A DNA stretch of 64,000 nucleotides from a bacterium (GCA_021785355.1 JAJYFR010000004.1:7184-71183); one strand, 5' to 3'; shown: positions 49,114-59,336, counted from the first letter of the stretch. The notes: generated by a model from the sequence alone, not told the origin. Made by a program: numbers and translations.

Positions 49114-51126
49114 ATGAAAATACCACAAATACTTATAAAAAAAGAAGAGAAAACAAATGAAGTACAACAGCCTATACAGGAAGTTTCTCCTAATAGTAAT
49201 ATAGATCCTACTTCTTTGTTTGGAATGGGCATGAATAGTATTAAGGATATAATAGCACCTTCTTCTCTAGAGGTGGATTTTTCTTATGTTAAGATAGGAG
49301 ATAAATATTATAAAACATATTTTGTATTAGCTTATCCTAGGTATGTTGTTCCTAATTGGCTTTCTCCATTAATAACATTTGAACATTCTATTGATATAAG
49401 TATGTTCTATTATCCTATTAGTGCAGCAGCAGTACTTTCTCAATTAAGAAAGAAAATTGCGGAAATGGAAGCAAGTACAAATAATTTGATTGAATCTGGA
49501 AAAGTAATGGATCCTAATTTAAAAGTTGCGCTTTCAGATGCAAAAGAATTACAAGAAAACTTAGCAAAGGGTTCAGAGAGATATTTTCATTTTGCCTTAT
49601 ATGTCACAGTTAGAGCAGATACAGAGGAAGAATTATCTGATATATCAAAGAATCTTGAATCTACTATGGGGGCAATGTCTTTAATAATCAAACCTACTAC
49701 TCTCCAGATGGAGGAAGGTTTTCTTTCAACATTACCAACTTCTAGCGATAACCTATATTATACTCATAATATGGATACAACTTCTATTGCGACTACATTT
49801 CCTTTTGTATCCTCGGAGTTAACTTCAGATAACGGTGTTTTATATGGGATAAATAAAGCAAATAAGAGTCTTGTTGTATTTGATAGATTTGAATTAGAAA
49901 ATGCAAATTCTGTAATTTTTGCAAAATCTGGAGCAGGAAAAAGTTACTTAGTAAAATTAGAAGCTCTTCGTTCATTAATGTTAGGAACACAAATAATAAT
50001 AATAGATCCAGAGAGTGAATATTTTACTTTATGTAAAGCTTTAAATGGGGCTTATGTTACATTTTCTCAAGATGGTAATTCAAAGATAAATCCATTTGAT
50101 CTTTCTGGTATTTATGAAGAGGGGGAGGATGAATTAAGGTTTAAAATACTTTCTTTACACGGATTGTTTAAGGTTATGTTAGGGGATGAAGGTGGTATTA
50201 GTAGTATGGAAAATGCAATTTTAGATAAGGCTTTAATTTTAACATATAGAGATAAAGGGATAACTTTTGATCCAGAAACTCAAGTGAAAGCGCCTCCTTT
50301 AATGGAAGATTTATATAAAATATTACTTTCTATGGAAGAGGCTGAAGCTCATTCTCTTGCTCAAAGATTAGAAAAATATGTAAAAGGGTCTGCTTCTGGA
50401 ATTTTTGATCAACAAACTAATATAGATCTAAATAATAATTTCATGGTCTTTTCCATAAAAGATTTATCAGATGAATTAAGACCTGTAGCTATGTTTTTAA
50501 TGTTAGATTTCATATGGACAAGAGTAAAAAGAGATTTAAGAAAAAGAATTTTTATAATAGATGAAGCTTGGATGTTAATGAAATATCCTGACTCTGCACA
50601 ATTTGTATATGCTGTAGCAAAGAGAGCTAGAAAATATTATCTAGGGCTTACTACAGTGTCTCAAGATGTTGATGATTTTATCTCAAATGAATATGGTAAA
50701 GCTGTTGTAACAAATTCTTCAATTCAAATTCTTTTAAGGCAGTCTCCTACGGCAATAGATCATTTATCTGAAGTATTTTATCTTTCTGCTGGAGAAAAAA
50801 ATCTTCTTTTGAGTGCAGATGTTGGGGAAGGAATCTTTTTTGTTGGAACAAATCATGTTGCAATACAGATACTTTCAAGTGAGTATGAAAATAGACTTAT
50901 AACAACAAATCCTGAAGAAATTTTAAAAATGCAGCAAGATGCATCTTCTTTAGGAAGGATAGTTCCTAATAATTTTGTAAATTCAAATTTTGATAGTAAC
51001 GATAATACTAAATTATTTCAAAGTGATATGATAAATATGAATAAGGAAGAGACAGGAGAAGTTTCTAAAGATGAAGAAGATTCAACCTTATCTCAAAATT
51101 CTAGTACAGAAGGAATAGTTAATTAA
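49114..51126 (+). CDS. VirB4/TraC/TrbE-family conjugation/T4SS ATPase (FtsK-HerA superfamily), copy 1
   Basis: Walker A VIFAKSGAGKSYLVK, downstream IIIDPESEY motif, Walker B RKRIFIIDEAWMLM, and later VSQDVDDF; 670 aa; N-terminal region YYKTYFVLAYPRYV shared with copy 2 (YFKTYYVAEYPSEV). Confidence 0.7.
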   Translation: MKIPQILIKKEEKTNEVQQPIQEVSPNSNIDPTSLFGMGMNSIKDIIAPSSLEVDFSYVKIGDKYYKTYFVLAYPRYVVPNWLSPLITFEHSIDISMFYYPISAAAVLSQLRKKIAEMEASTNNLIESGKVMDPNLKVALSDAKELQENLAKGSERYFHFALYVTVRADTEEELSDISKNLESTMGAMSLIIKPTTLQMEEGFLSTLPTSSDNLYYTHNMDTTSIATTFPFVSSELTSDNGVLYGINKANKSLVVFDRFELENANSVIFAKSGAGKSYLVKLEALRSLMLGTQIIIIDPESEYFTLCKALNGAYVTFSQDGNSKINPFDLSGIYEEGEDELRFKILSLHGLFKVMLGDEGGISSMENAILDKALILTYRDKGITFDPETQVKAPPLMEDLYKILLSMEEAEAHSLAQRLEKYVKGSASGIFDQQTNIDLNNNFMVFSIKDLSDELRPVAMFLMLDFIWTRVKRDLRKRIFIIDEAWMLMKYPDSAQFVYAVAKRARKYYLGLTTVSQDVDDFISNEYGKAVVTNSSIQILLRQSPTAIDHLSEVFYLSAGEKNLLLSADVGEGIFFVGTNHVAIQILSSEYENRLITTNPEEILKMQQDASSLGRIVPNNFVNSNFDSNDNTKLFQSDMINMNKEETGEVSKDEEDSTLSQNSSTEGIVN

Positions 51127-51256
51127 AAATAAAAAATCCATCAAGATGCAATCACTTATAGGCCTTCTTTTATTAATATTAAATTTCAATATATATGTAA
51201 TTTATATATAGAAATATAGCCTTAAATTGATATTTTTCCACGTATAATATGGCGTA

Positions 51257-51285
51257 TTGACAAAAATTATAGGCCATAATATAAT
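51257..51285 (+). promoter_or_regulatory. Consensus sigma70-type promoter internal to the T4SS-like locus
   Basis: TTGACA(51257-51262), exactly 17 nt, TATAAT(51280-51285); 35 nt upstream of ORF 51320. Confidence 0.45.
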
Positions 51286-51319
51286 CTGGTTTATATAAAT
51301 ATATTTTAGATTATAAATA

Positions 51320-51625
51320 ATGAATACTAAAAATTTAGATAATTATATAGACCAATTAGTAGTAGATAAAGGTTTTGATTTAGGTAATGTTGATTTAGTA
51401 AAAAGGGTTAAAGATGAGTTATATGATCTTGTAGAAGATGCTATAAACTCAGAGATAGTAAATAAATTATCTCAAGATAAAATATCTGAATTTGAAAAGT
51501 TATTTAATAACAATGTTTCTGACGAAGTTGTGGTATCTTTTCTCAAATCAAATATAGAAAATTTAGATCAAGTAATAGAATCAGTTTTATTAAATTTTAG
51601 AAATATATATTTAGATAATAATTAA
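51320..51625 (+). CDS. Small acidic hypothetical protein (101 aa)
   Basis: Complete ORF downstream of a consensus promoter, 2 nt before the 996-aa ORF. Confidence 0.45.
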   Translation: MNTKNLDNYIDQLVVDKGFDLGNVDLVKRVKDELYDLVEDAINSEIVNKLSQDKISEFEKLFNNNVSDEVVVSFLKSNIENLDQVIESVLLNFRNIYLDNN

Positions 51626-51627
51626 TT

Positions 51628-54618
51628 ATGGATATAAAAACAGAGGAACAGCAATCTTTAATAGTACAAGAAGTAGAGGACAGTATAAAAGATTTTGAAG
51701 TTATATTATCAGCAGAAGAAATTATTAATGAATATTTATATAAATTATCTTTAGGAGAAGAAGAAGATAGAGGTGATGAAAATAAGGTCTCTGTAGATGA
51801 AGGTTTAAATGAAACTGATACAACAAAAGATTTGCTTATTAAGAGGGATGAAAATAAAAATCCAAAAGTTTTGAATGAAGATGATCTTCTAAATATACAT
51901 ATTGTTGATATTAGTGATCAAACAAAAAGAAGAGCACATGACAATGCAAGAGAACAATTAACTGAAGAAAAAAATAAATTAACAGGAGTTGGTGGCATAG
52001 CAAAAAAATTAGGTAGATATGGATACTTTGAAGGTACAACTTATCAAAGATATAAAAAACAAGCACTTATAGAAGAATTATTAAAAGATACAGATGGTAA
52101 GACAGCAGAAAGATTTGAAGCAGGAAGCATTAGAACAGAGAGAAATACAGAGATAAGTGTTAAAGCTGCAGAAAGTGAAGAAGAAAAAACTTTGAAAGAA
52201 TTAATAATTAGTATGGCTAAAGGTGAAATTGAAGAAAGTGAATATATTGAATTAAAAAGGAAATTAATATCTGAATTATTTATTTCATCTTCTTTGAAAG
52301 AAAGTAAGAATACTGATTTTGAAAAATTTGAAGATAATATAGATAAATATATAGACCAAATTAAAGTATTAATAGATCATGGTAAAACAGTTGAAGATAT
52401 AAGAGATTTAATAACCTTAAACCTAGGTATAGCAAAAGATTTATCAATTACAAGAGTTGAATATAGTAAAACTGATAAAGTTTTAGAAGGTTTAAAAAGG
52501 CACAAAATTGCAGGGAAATTAGTTAATGAAACTGTTTTTGCAACAGGTGGATCTGTTTTAGGCAGAGTAGCTTTTAGCATAGCTTCTTCTAGAGCTGCAA
52601 CAATTGCTAGTTTTGGAGGAGCTGCTGTTGTAAGTTCTCTACTTTCAGCAGCTAAAGAAAAGCAAAGAATAAAAAGAGATAGGCAAATGCAGATTAGAGA
52701 TTATTCCGCAGGAAGATCAAATGGATTAGAAGGTAAAAGAAGAGAACAACTTCAGAGAACTGTATATGATTTAATGCCTATAAAAGATTCTTTTAATGAC
52801 CTTGTAGAATCATTTGATAAATTTAATAAAAGTATAGAGGGAGATAAGATTTCTTTTGAAAAGATGTTAAAAATAATTGGAGAGTATAGAGCAAGAAGGA
52901 TTGTATCTTTAGCTAGTGATATAGATCTATTTATATATTCTTCTTCAGAGAATATGCAAGAAGAGTTTAGTGACCTAGACTGGTATGTAAGATATGTTCA
53001 ATCTAAAATGCAAATATCAGAAAATCAAGATAAAATAAAATCAATATTGGGTGTTGATGATATTGATATAGAAGGTTTAATAGGGGAACAAATCGAAGAA
53101 TCTGTTAAAAATATTGAAGAAGATATTTCTCAAAAAGATTCAATATTTAGAGGTGTAAAATCTGCAAGAATAGGTAGATATGTAGCTTGGAATCTAGTAA
53201 CAGGACTTACAATAGGAGCTTTAGGACAAGGTGTAGTAAGAGAATTAATGGAGAAGCATGAAGAATTATTGAAAAATGGTGTTATAAAACAAGATTTTCT
53301 AGAAGGTCTTTTGAATAAATGGAATCAAGTAAAAATAAAGAAAACTACTTATATGCATAGTCCTAAAATAGCACTTAGATCAAAAGGTCGTGTTGGGGAA
53401 ATTTTTATGAATGGTAAAAAAATCCAAGAGGTTAAATTAAATAAAAATGGAAGCCTTACTTCAAGTTCAATTCAAACTTTACAACAAAAAGGAATAGGAG
53501 TTAAAACTAGTACCGTTTATACAAGTTCTGGGGGAGAAGTTATGCGTAATAATAGTATAGTTGCTGGCAATACAAATGTTCAAAGAAATCTTTGGTATGA
53601 CAATAATAATGCGCAAGGAGTATATACTAAGAATGAATTAGGTATATGGTGGGGTTCTAATACTGGATATAATAGTAAAGGAGATGTAGTTTTCAATATT
53701 GCTAGTATGACAAACAAAGGTTCATATCAAGGAAATTCTTCTGTGGCAATACAAAATCTTATTGAAGAAGGAAAAATGAAAATCTGGATTACTGCTAGTA
53801 GATCTACTCAAAATAAAGCATATGTATTTAATGTGAATAGAAATGGTTTAGTAAATATAGATAAAAATTCTTTAGCATATAGATTATTCTCAAAAAGTAG
53901 TACAGGTCATGTTAAATTCAATGGTGCATTTGTTGAAGCTGTAGTTCCTCAAGCAACAACAAAACTAGGAACTCATATAGGAGATCCAGTTGCAACTTAT
54001 GTAGGTTCAAATACAGCTAATCCTATTATAAATAAAGAGACAATTACTACACTTTTTGAAAAGCCTACAAGATATATTAAACCAAAAACTCAAATAGGAT
54101 GGCCTTGGTTTATACCTGTTGTAGGAAGAACTCCTTTAGAAAAAGCAGAAATTAATTCTAATCAAGAAAATTCAGAAATACCTGGAAACTCATTGGCAAA
54201 ATCAAGAGAAGTAAACGATTTTAATCTTATAGGTGATATTGGAAGTATTAATAGTAGTACAGATGAAGATATAAGAGGACTTTTTAATGAACTTTATATT
54301 AATGACAAAGAAGAAAGTAAAGTTTCTAGAGTAACAAAAAGAGAGCAAGCTAGGTATGCTATATCAATGATTAAAGATTATTTTAAAGTTATGTCAGCAG
54401 AAGAAATAAAATTATTAAATGAATATTTAAAGAAACGTAAAATGAATAAAGATAAGTATGAGAATGAAAGAAAAGATCTATTTTCTGAGAATTTTCTACT
54501 TCAAGAATATGATACTTTTAAATCTAGATTTGAAAATGATGAGGCTTTCAGATTGGATGTTTTAAGAAAATGGGCAGAAGTGCATCTCTACTATATTAAT
54601 AATAAAGGTTCTATATAA
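51628..54618 (+). CDS. Large hypothetical membrane-associated protein (996 aa) of the T4SS-like locus
   Basis: Acidic coiled-coil-rich N-terminus; hydrophobic Gly/Ala/Ser-rich segments around residues 300-340 (GGSVLGRVAFSIASSRAATIASFGGAAVVSSLLSAA) and about 530 (VAWNLVTGLTIGALGQGVV); Asn/Gly/Ser/Thr-rich C-terminal approx 450 aa suggestive of an extracytoplasmic beta-rich domain. No ATPase or peptidase motif. Confidence 0.55.
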   Translation: MDIKTEEQQSLIVQEVEDSIKDFEVILSAEEIINEYLYKLSLGEEEDRGDENKVSVDEGLNETDTTKDLLIKRDENKNPKVLNEDDLLNIHIVDISDQTKRRAHDNAREQLTEEKNKLTGVGGIAKKLGRYGYFEGTTYQRYKKQALIEELLKDTDGKTAERFEAGSIRTERNTEISVKAAESEEEKTLKELIISMAKGEIEESEYIELKRKLISELFISSSLKESKNTDFEKFEDNIDKYIDQIKVLIDHGKTVEDIRDLITLNLGIAKDLSITRVEYSKTDKVLEGLKRHKIAGKLVNETVFATGGSVLGRVAFSIASSRAATIASFGGAAVVSSLLSAAKEKQRIKRDRQMQIRDYSAGRSNGLEGKRREQLQRTVYDLMPIKDSFNDLVESFDKFNKSIEGDKISFEKMLKIIGEYRARRIVSLASDIDLFIYSSSENMQEEFSDLDWYVRYVQSKMQISENQDKIKSILGVDDIDIEGLIGEQIEESVKNIEEDISQKDSIFRGVKSARIGRYVAWNLVTGLTIGALGQGVVRELMEKHEELLKNGVIKQDFLEGLLNKWNQVKIKKTTYMHSPKIALRSKGRVGEIFMNGKKIQEVKLNKNGSLTSSSIQTLQQKGIGVKTSTVYTSSGGEVMRNNSIVAGNTNVQRNLWYDNNNAQGVYTKNELGIWWGSNTGYNSKGDVVFNIASMTNKGSYQGNSSVAIQNLIEEGKMKIWITASRSTQNKAYVFNVNRNGLVNIDKNSLAYRLFSKSSTGHVKFNGAFVEAVVPQATTKLGTHIGDPVATYVGSNTANPIINKETITTLFEKPTRYIKPKTQIGWPWFIPVVGRTPLEKAEINSNQENSEIPGNSLAKSREVNDFNLIGDIGSINSSTDEDIRGLFNELYINDKEESKVSRVTKREQARYAISMIKDYFKVMSAEEIKLLNEYLKKRKMNKDKYENERKDLFSENFLLQEYDTFKSRFENDEAFRLDVLRKWAEVHLYYINNKGSI

Positions 54619-54714
54619 AAATCTTTGTTCATTTAACAATAAAAATGTTGCTATTAATAGAAAATTTAAGGTATTTTGATTTTATTTTATAAAACTTTTA
54701 AAATACTTTAAATT

Positions 54715-54957
54715 ATGCAACAGATTCCGGGACTAAATCAATTTGTTAATAATATAGCAGGTGTAATGATAACCACAGTAGAAACAGTCCTTATATTAAT
54801 AGTAATAGCATTTGGTATCCAGTTTATAATGTACTCCGATAATCCTCAAGAAAGATCTAGATTGATTAGAAGAATAATTTGGGTTTTAGTAGGACTTTTT
54901 ATCGTTATAGGTGCTCAAAATTTTACTACATTTCTACATGCGATTATTGGCGGTTAG
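54715..54957 (+). CDS. Small 2-TM protein, VirB2/TrbC pilin-like candidate
   Basis: 80 aa with two hydrophobic helices separated by a short polar loop (…VETVLILIVIAFGIQFIMYSDNPQERSRLIRRIIWVLVGLFIVIGA…); immediately upstream of the VirB6-like gene. Confidence 0.35.
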   Translation: MQQIPGLNQFVNNIAGVMITTVETVLILIVIAFGIQFIMYSDNPQERSRLIRRIIWVLVGLFIVIGAQNFTTFLHAIIGG

Positions 54958-55876
54958 TCTAATATTAATATTTCTTTTTTCAAGACCTGTATTTGCTCAA
55001 GGTACAAATTCTAATATTCTCAATTGCAATTCATCAATTTCTTTTTCCATAGATGGAGTTATGTGTTCTTTGGGGTATATAATAGATCAATTTACAGAAT
55101 TTACTCCTAATATTTTATCTAATAATGGATATGGAGGAAGTCTTGCAGGGATAGCTTTTAATCAATATACCCAAGGCACTGAGTATATTGCGTTTGCAAT
55201 AATACCGATACTTATATATTTATATATACTTAATTTTTTAGGTGAAGTATCTTTAGGTAAAACAGGTTTATCTCCACAGGATTTAATGTATAGTATTTTT
55301 ATGTCTGTATTAATATTAATACTTTCTCCTTATATTTTATCTATGCTTATAACATTTATTAATGTATTAGATAAATTTATAATTATTCATATTATACACT
55401 CATCTAATCCTAGTTTATTTCAAACAATTATTAATTCAATGAATCTTAGTAATTTTAATTCAGGTATATTTTCAGGCATAATTAATTATATTTTATACAT
55501 TCTTCTTATTATTGTTCTGTTTTTATTTTCATTTCAATTTATATTAAGATTTATTTTACTTTGGATATTAATACTTTTCTTTCCTTTTGGAGTTGCTTTG
55601 TCTATATACCCTCCATTTGGAAATATTCTAGGATCTATTCTGTCTAAAATTATGCAATTATTATTTATTCAACCTGCTTTTTTAATAGGTATATCTATTT
55701 TTATATTAATAGTTAATAATTTCTCTATTAATGTAGTTGAGAAATTTATCATCTCAATAGTTACATTATTCTCATTAGCGTTAATCCCTAATTTACTTAC
55801 AAGATATCTTAATTTTTCTTTTTCATTTGGACAAAGAAATATAAGGAGTATATTGAAATATGGATACAAAAGATAG
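54938..55876 (+). CDS. VirB6/TrbL-like polytopic membrane protein (paralog of 4467..6020)
   Basis: Probable start at ATG 54938 giving signal peptide MRLLAVSLILIFLFSRPVFAQG (the ORF track's 54911 start is in the same frame). Cys-containing ectodomain with FTEFTPNILSNNGYGGSLAGIAFNQYTQ, then at least six TM helices. Confidence 0.45.
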   Translation: MRLLAVSLILIFLFSRPVFAQGTNSNILNCNSSISFSIDGVMCSLGYIIDQFTEFTPNILSNNGYGGSLAGIAFNQYTQGTEYIAFAIIPILIYLYILNFLGEVSLGKTGLSPQDLMYSIFMSVLILILSPYILSMLITFINVLDKFIIIHIIHSSNPSLFQTIINSMNLSNFNSGIFSGIINYILYILLIIVLFLFSFQFILRFILLWILILFFPFGVALSIYPPFGNILGSILSKIMQLLFIQPAFLIGISIFILIVNNFSINVVEKFIISIVTLFSLALIPNLLTRYLNFSFSFGQRNIRSILKYGYKR

Positions 55877-56159
55877 TTGTAAAGTTTATAAAATAAAAAA
55901 TTTACATTCAGGTTATATTAATATAACTAACAATGTTTTAATATTTCTTTTCTCTATTATACCCATACTTTTTATCATATTTAGCCCTATTATTATTCAA
56001 TTAAAAATATTTTTATCTTCTTTTATTGTTATGACATTTTATGTTTTATTTAAACAAGAATATAAAGGTAATGTTTTATATTTGTATATATATTTTTTCA
56101 TTCTTTTTATGAAGAAAAAGAAAAAGTATTATTTTGAAGAGGAAAGTATAGATGTATAA
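55860..56159 (+). CDS. Small hydrophobic hypothetical protein (99 aa)
   Basis: Two TM helices; overlaps both flanking genes (operonic). Confidence 0.35.
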   Translation: MDTKDSCKVYKIKNLHSGYINITNNVLIFLFSIIPILFIIFSPIIIQLKIFLSSFIVMTFYVLFKQEYKGNVLYLYIYFFILFMKKKKKYYFEEESIDV

Positions 56160-56670
56160 TATAAAAAATTTTTATGACATATTAGGTATAGAAGAAGATT
56201 TAATAATTTTAAAAAATTCTGTATATTCTAAGATTTTTGAAATATTTCCTGACAATTTTATACTTTCTGATATAGAAGAAAGATATTCTTTTATAAAAAA
56301 ATATGAAGAGTTTTTAATATCTTTAAAAATAGATATTCAGTTTATTGCTATAAATTTTAAATTACCTCAAAAGGAGAATTTAAAATATTTATCTAATATA
56401 AAGGATAAAAAGTTTAATATGTTATATAAAGAGGCTTTATTAAATAAGGATAATGAAGTTCTTAGAAATTTATTTAATCAGAGATTTTTTTTAATACACT
56501 CTGTAAATAAAAAAAGAAAACATCTTGATTATCAAAAAGATTTATTAGAGGTTAAAAGTGTATTTTCTTCACAAGAAAAACAATTAAGATATATGTTATC
56601 TCAAATTCCTTTATCTTTCAAAAAAATGAATAAATCGGAGATAATTAAAATTTTAAAATTTTTTAGTTAA
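56152..56670 (+). CDS. Hypothetical protein paired with VirB4-like ATPase copy 2 (homolog of 48443..49111)
   Basis: 172 aa, ends 4 nt before the ATPase gene; see the similarity noted for 48443..49111. Confidence 0.45.
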   Translation: MYNIKNFYDILGIEEDLIILKNSVYSKIFEIFPDNFILSDIEERYSFIKKYEEFLISLKIDIQFIAINFKLPQKENLKYLSNIKDKKFNMLYKEALLNKDNEVLRNLFNQRFFLIHSVNKKRKHLDYQKDLLEVKSVFSSQEKQLRYMLSQIPLSFKKMNKSEIIKILKFFS

Positions 56671-56674
56671 AGTT

Positions 56675-58306
56675 ATGAAAATTCTTTATAAAAATAAACA
56701 AGATAAGATTTTCCCTAAAAAGATTGAAGAAAAGCCTTCTTTTATAAAGGTAAATAATAAGTATTTTAAAACTTATTATGTTGCAGAGTATCCTTCTGAA
56801 GTGTACAGTTTCTTTCTTTCAGACATATTTTCATTGGGAGGTAATATAATGGTCACTCAATATTTAAAAGCTGTAAAAAAAGATCAAATACTTAATTCTA
56901 TAAAAATGAAATTATCTGCCATTGAAGCCCAAAGACATTCTCGTTTCAAAAAAGGAAAGTTAAATGATATTACTTTAGATCTAGAAGTCTCAAATCTGGA
57001 GGATTTTAGAAGAATTCTTGTTTCTTCAAAAGAAACGAGTTTATCTTTTGGTTTTTATTTAACTTTATATTCTAAAAATTTATATAGATTAAAATCTTTA
57101 TCAAAAAATTTAGAACTACTTCTTTCTTCTAAATCTTTTAATATATATTCTCTAGATTTTAGACAAGATGCTGGGTATAAAACAATATTACCTTTTAATT
57201 TAAATATATCTTCGAAATCTTTTATTTTAAATACCAAATCTGTAGCATATATGACTCCTTTTGTTCTTAGTAACTATACTGATTATAGTGGTGTTATTTA
57301 TGGGGTAAATTCACTGACAAATTCAATGTTAATTTTTGATATATTTAAATATGAAAATTATAATGGTGTTGTTTTTGCCAAATCAGGTTCTGGAAAGAGT
57401 TTTTTTGCCAAAATAAATATAATAAGGTCACTTTCTAAAGGTATAAAGGTAGTTGTAATAGATCCAGAAGGAGAATATAAGGATCTATGTAAAAATTTAA
57501 AAGGTAAATATATTGATCTTTCTCATAAATCAAAAAATCATATAAATCCTTTTGATTTATATGAAGGAGAAAGTATTGATGAAAAAATACAATTCATAAA
57601 AAGTTTTTTACGAAAGACATGTACGTATTTCGATTCAAATGAAATAGATAAAGCTTTAATTGAGATTTTTAGAGATTTTAAGAATCCTACATTTGTAGAT
57701 TTATATAATTTTTTAGAGAAAAAGAATAGTAGAATGGCTCTAGAAATATTTAATATATCAAAAGGATCAAATTCAAATCTATATTCAAATGAAAGTAATA
57801 TTAAACTTTCATCTAAAGATAATCTAATAGTATTTGATATATCTTCACTAGATAGTTATAACATATCTTTAATGATGCATGTAGTGCTTAATTTTATTTG
57901 GAAATTTCATCAAAGACAAGATAAAAGATTAGTTTTTATAGATGAAGCTCATAGATTATTTGAGAATGAGGATTTGTTAAGTTATCTTAAAATGGTATCA
58001 AAAAGAGCAAGGAAATATAACTTAGGATTGATATATATAACTCAAGATATTGAAGATTTTATATCTTCAGAAGAAGGTAGGTCAATAATAGCAAATACAT
58101 CATTGAAGGTTTTAATGAAGCAAGAAAAGGTAAATGTAGAAAAGATAGGAAAAACATTTATGCTATCTTCTGAAGAAAAGGAAGCTTTATTAAAATTTTC
58201 ATTAGGAGAATCCTTGATACTTTTTGGAGATTTAAGAGTATATAATAAAGTCTTTGCTTTTGAATTTGAGGAAAAGATTTTTAATAAAAGGCAGGAGATT
58301 CCATAG
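56675..58306 (+). CDS. VirB4/TraC/TrbE-family conjugation/T4SS ATPase, copy 2 (shorter paralog)
   Basis: Walker A VVFAKSGSGKSFFAK, VVVIDPEGEY, Walker B KRLVFIDEAHRLF, ITQDIEDF; 543 aa. Confidence 0.7.
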   Translation: MKILYKNKQDKIFPKKIEEKPSFIKVNNKYFKTYYVAEYPSEVYSFFLSDIFSLGGNIMVTQYLKAVKKDQILNSIKMKLSAIEAQRHSRFKKGKLNDITLDLEVSNLEDFRRILVSSKETSLSFGFYLTLYSKNLYRLKSLSKNLELLLSSKSFNIYSLDFRQDAGYKTILPFNLNISSKSFILNTKSVAYMTPFVLSNYTDYSGVIYGVNSLTNSMLIFDIFKYENYNGVVFAKSGSGKSFFAKINIIRSLSKGIKVVVIDPEGEYKDLCKNLKGKYIDLSHKSKNHINPFDLYEGESIDEKIQFIKSFLRKTCTYFDSNEIDKALIEIFRDFKNPTFVDLYNFLEKKNSRMALEIFNISKGSNSNLYSNESNIKLSSKDNLIVFDISSLDSYNISLMMHVVLNFIWKFHQRQDKRLVFIDEAHRLFENEDLLSYLKMVSKRARKYNLGLIYITQDIEDFISSEEGRSIIANTSLKVLMKQEKVNVEKIGKTFMLSSEEKEALLKFSLGESLILFGDLRVYNKVFAFEFEEKIFNKRQEIP

Positions 58307-59336
58307 GTTTTGCTAAAGCTACTCCAGAAGGATCATTTAATTGATTAAAACCAGATCCTGCAACTCCTGTTATTCCATATTGCCACAGTATTTGTTGTGT
58401 TTTTGGGTTAAGAACAAATATTCTATCATTATGATCATCTACTATTAAGTAATTTCCATTAGGAAGTAATTGAGTAGAAGATGGATGATTTAGGGTGTTA
58501 GCTCCTGTTGGTTGGTAAGTCCAAACAACATTACCTTGTTGAGTTATCTCTTGTACTTTTCCAGGGTATACCCAATCTGTTGATAAGATATTTCCATTAG
58601 GTAAAGGAACTGCATCGGAAGGATATAACTGAGGTATATTTATTTGCCAATTGATAACTTTTTTAGCAATATTTACATCTATTGCCATATGATTTGCTAT
58701 TGATGTTATCAATATACTGTTATTTGGTAGAGGCATAGCATCATTTGGTGCATCTAGGTATCCTGCTTGAGTACCAGGAAGACCAGTATGTCCATATTGC
58801 CAAACTACTTTACCTGCTTTATTAACAGCAATAACTCTCATATTAGCATCATCTGTAATTACAGTATTTCCGTTAGGTAGTCTAAATGAATCATCTACAT
58901 ATTTACCTAAATATCCTGTTTGTGCTCCTGGTACACCTAAGTGTCCATATTGCCAAACTATACTTTTTGTCTGAGTATTTATCTCAATAACTTTACTATA
59001 ATCTTCTTCATTAACTAATAATCTGTTAGGAGCATAGACTTGAACGTCATCAGGATCTTTTATCCCATCCATTTGCCATATAATTTGTTTTTGAGGGTTA
59101 ACTTCTATTATTCTATTATTTTTAGAATCACAAATATAAATGTCTCCTCCAAGTGGAGTTGAAGCAAGTATTGCTTGTTGCTTTGCTTTTTGAGCTTTTA
59201 TAATACTTTCTGTAGATTTTATTTTTGATATATATATATTAGCTTTATAAGATTTACTTATTATTAATCCAACGATAACAAGCATAATCAAGTATAGTAA
59301 TATAAGATATATTGTTTTTTTTGAAAATTTTTTCAT
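58281..59336 (-). CDS. Membrane-anchored NHL/YVTN-type beta-propeller repeat protein
   Basis: N-terminal TM (IYLILLYLIMLVIVGLIISK) then six or more repeats of an approx 45-aa unit (…NRIIEVNPQKQIIWQMDG…; …KVIEINTQTKSIVWQYGHLGVPGAQTGYL…; …RVIAVNKAGKVVWQYGHTGLPGTQAGYL…). Confidence 0.5.
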   Translation of the reverse strand: MKKFSKKTIYLILLYLIMLVIVGLIISKSYKANIYISKIKSTESIIKAQKAKQQAILASTPLGGDIYICDSKNNRIIEVNPQKQIIWQMDGIKDPDDVQVYAPNRLLVNEEDYSKVIEINTQTKSIVWQYGHLGVPGAQTGYLGKYVDDSFRLPNGNTVITDDANMRVIAVNKAGKVVWQYGHTGLPGTQAGYLDAPNDAMPLPNNSILITSIANHMAIDVNIAKKVINWQINIPQLYPSDAVPLPNGNILSTDWVYPGKVQEITQQGNVVWTYQPTGANTLNHPSSTQLLPNGNYLIVDDHNDRIFVLNPKTQQILWQYGITGVAGSGFNQLNDPSGVALAKPMESPAFY

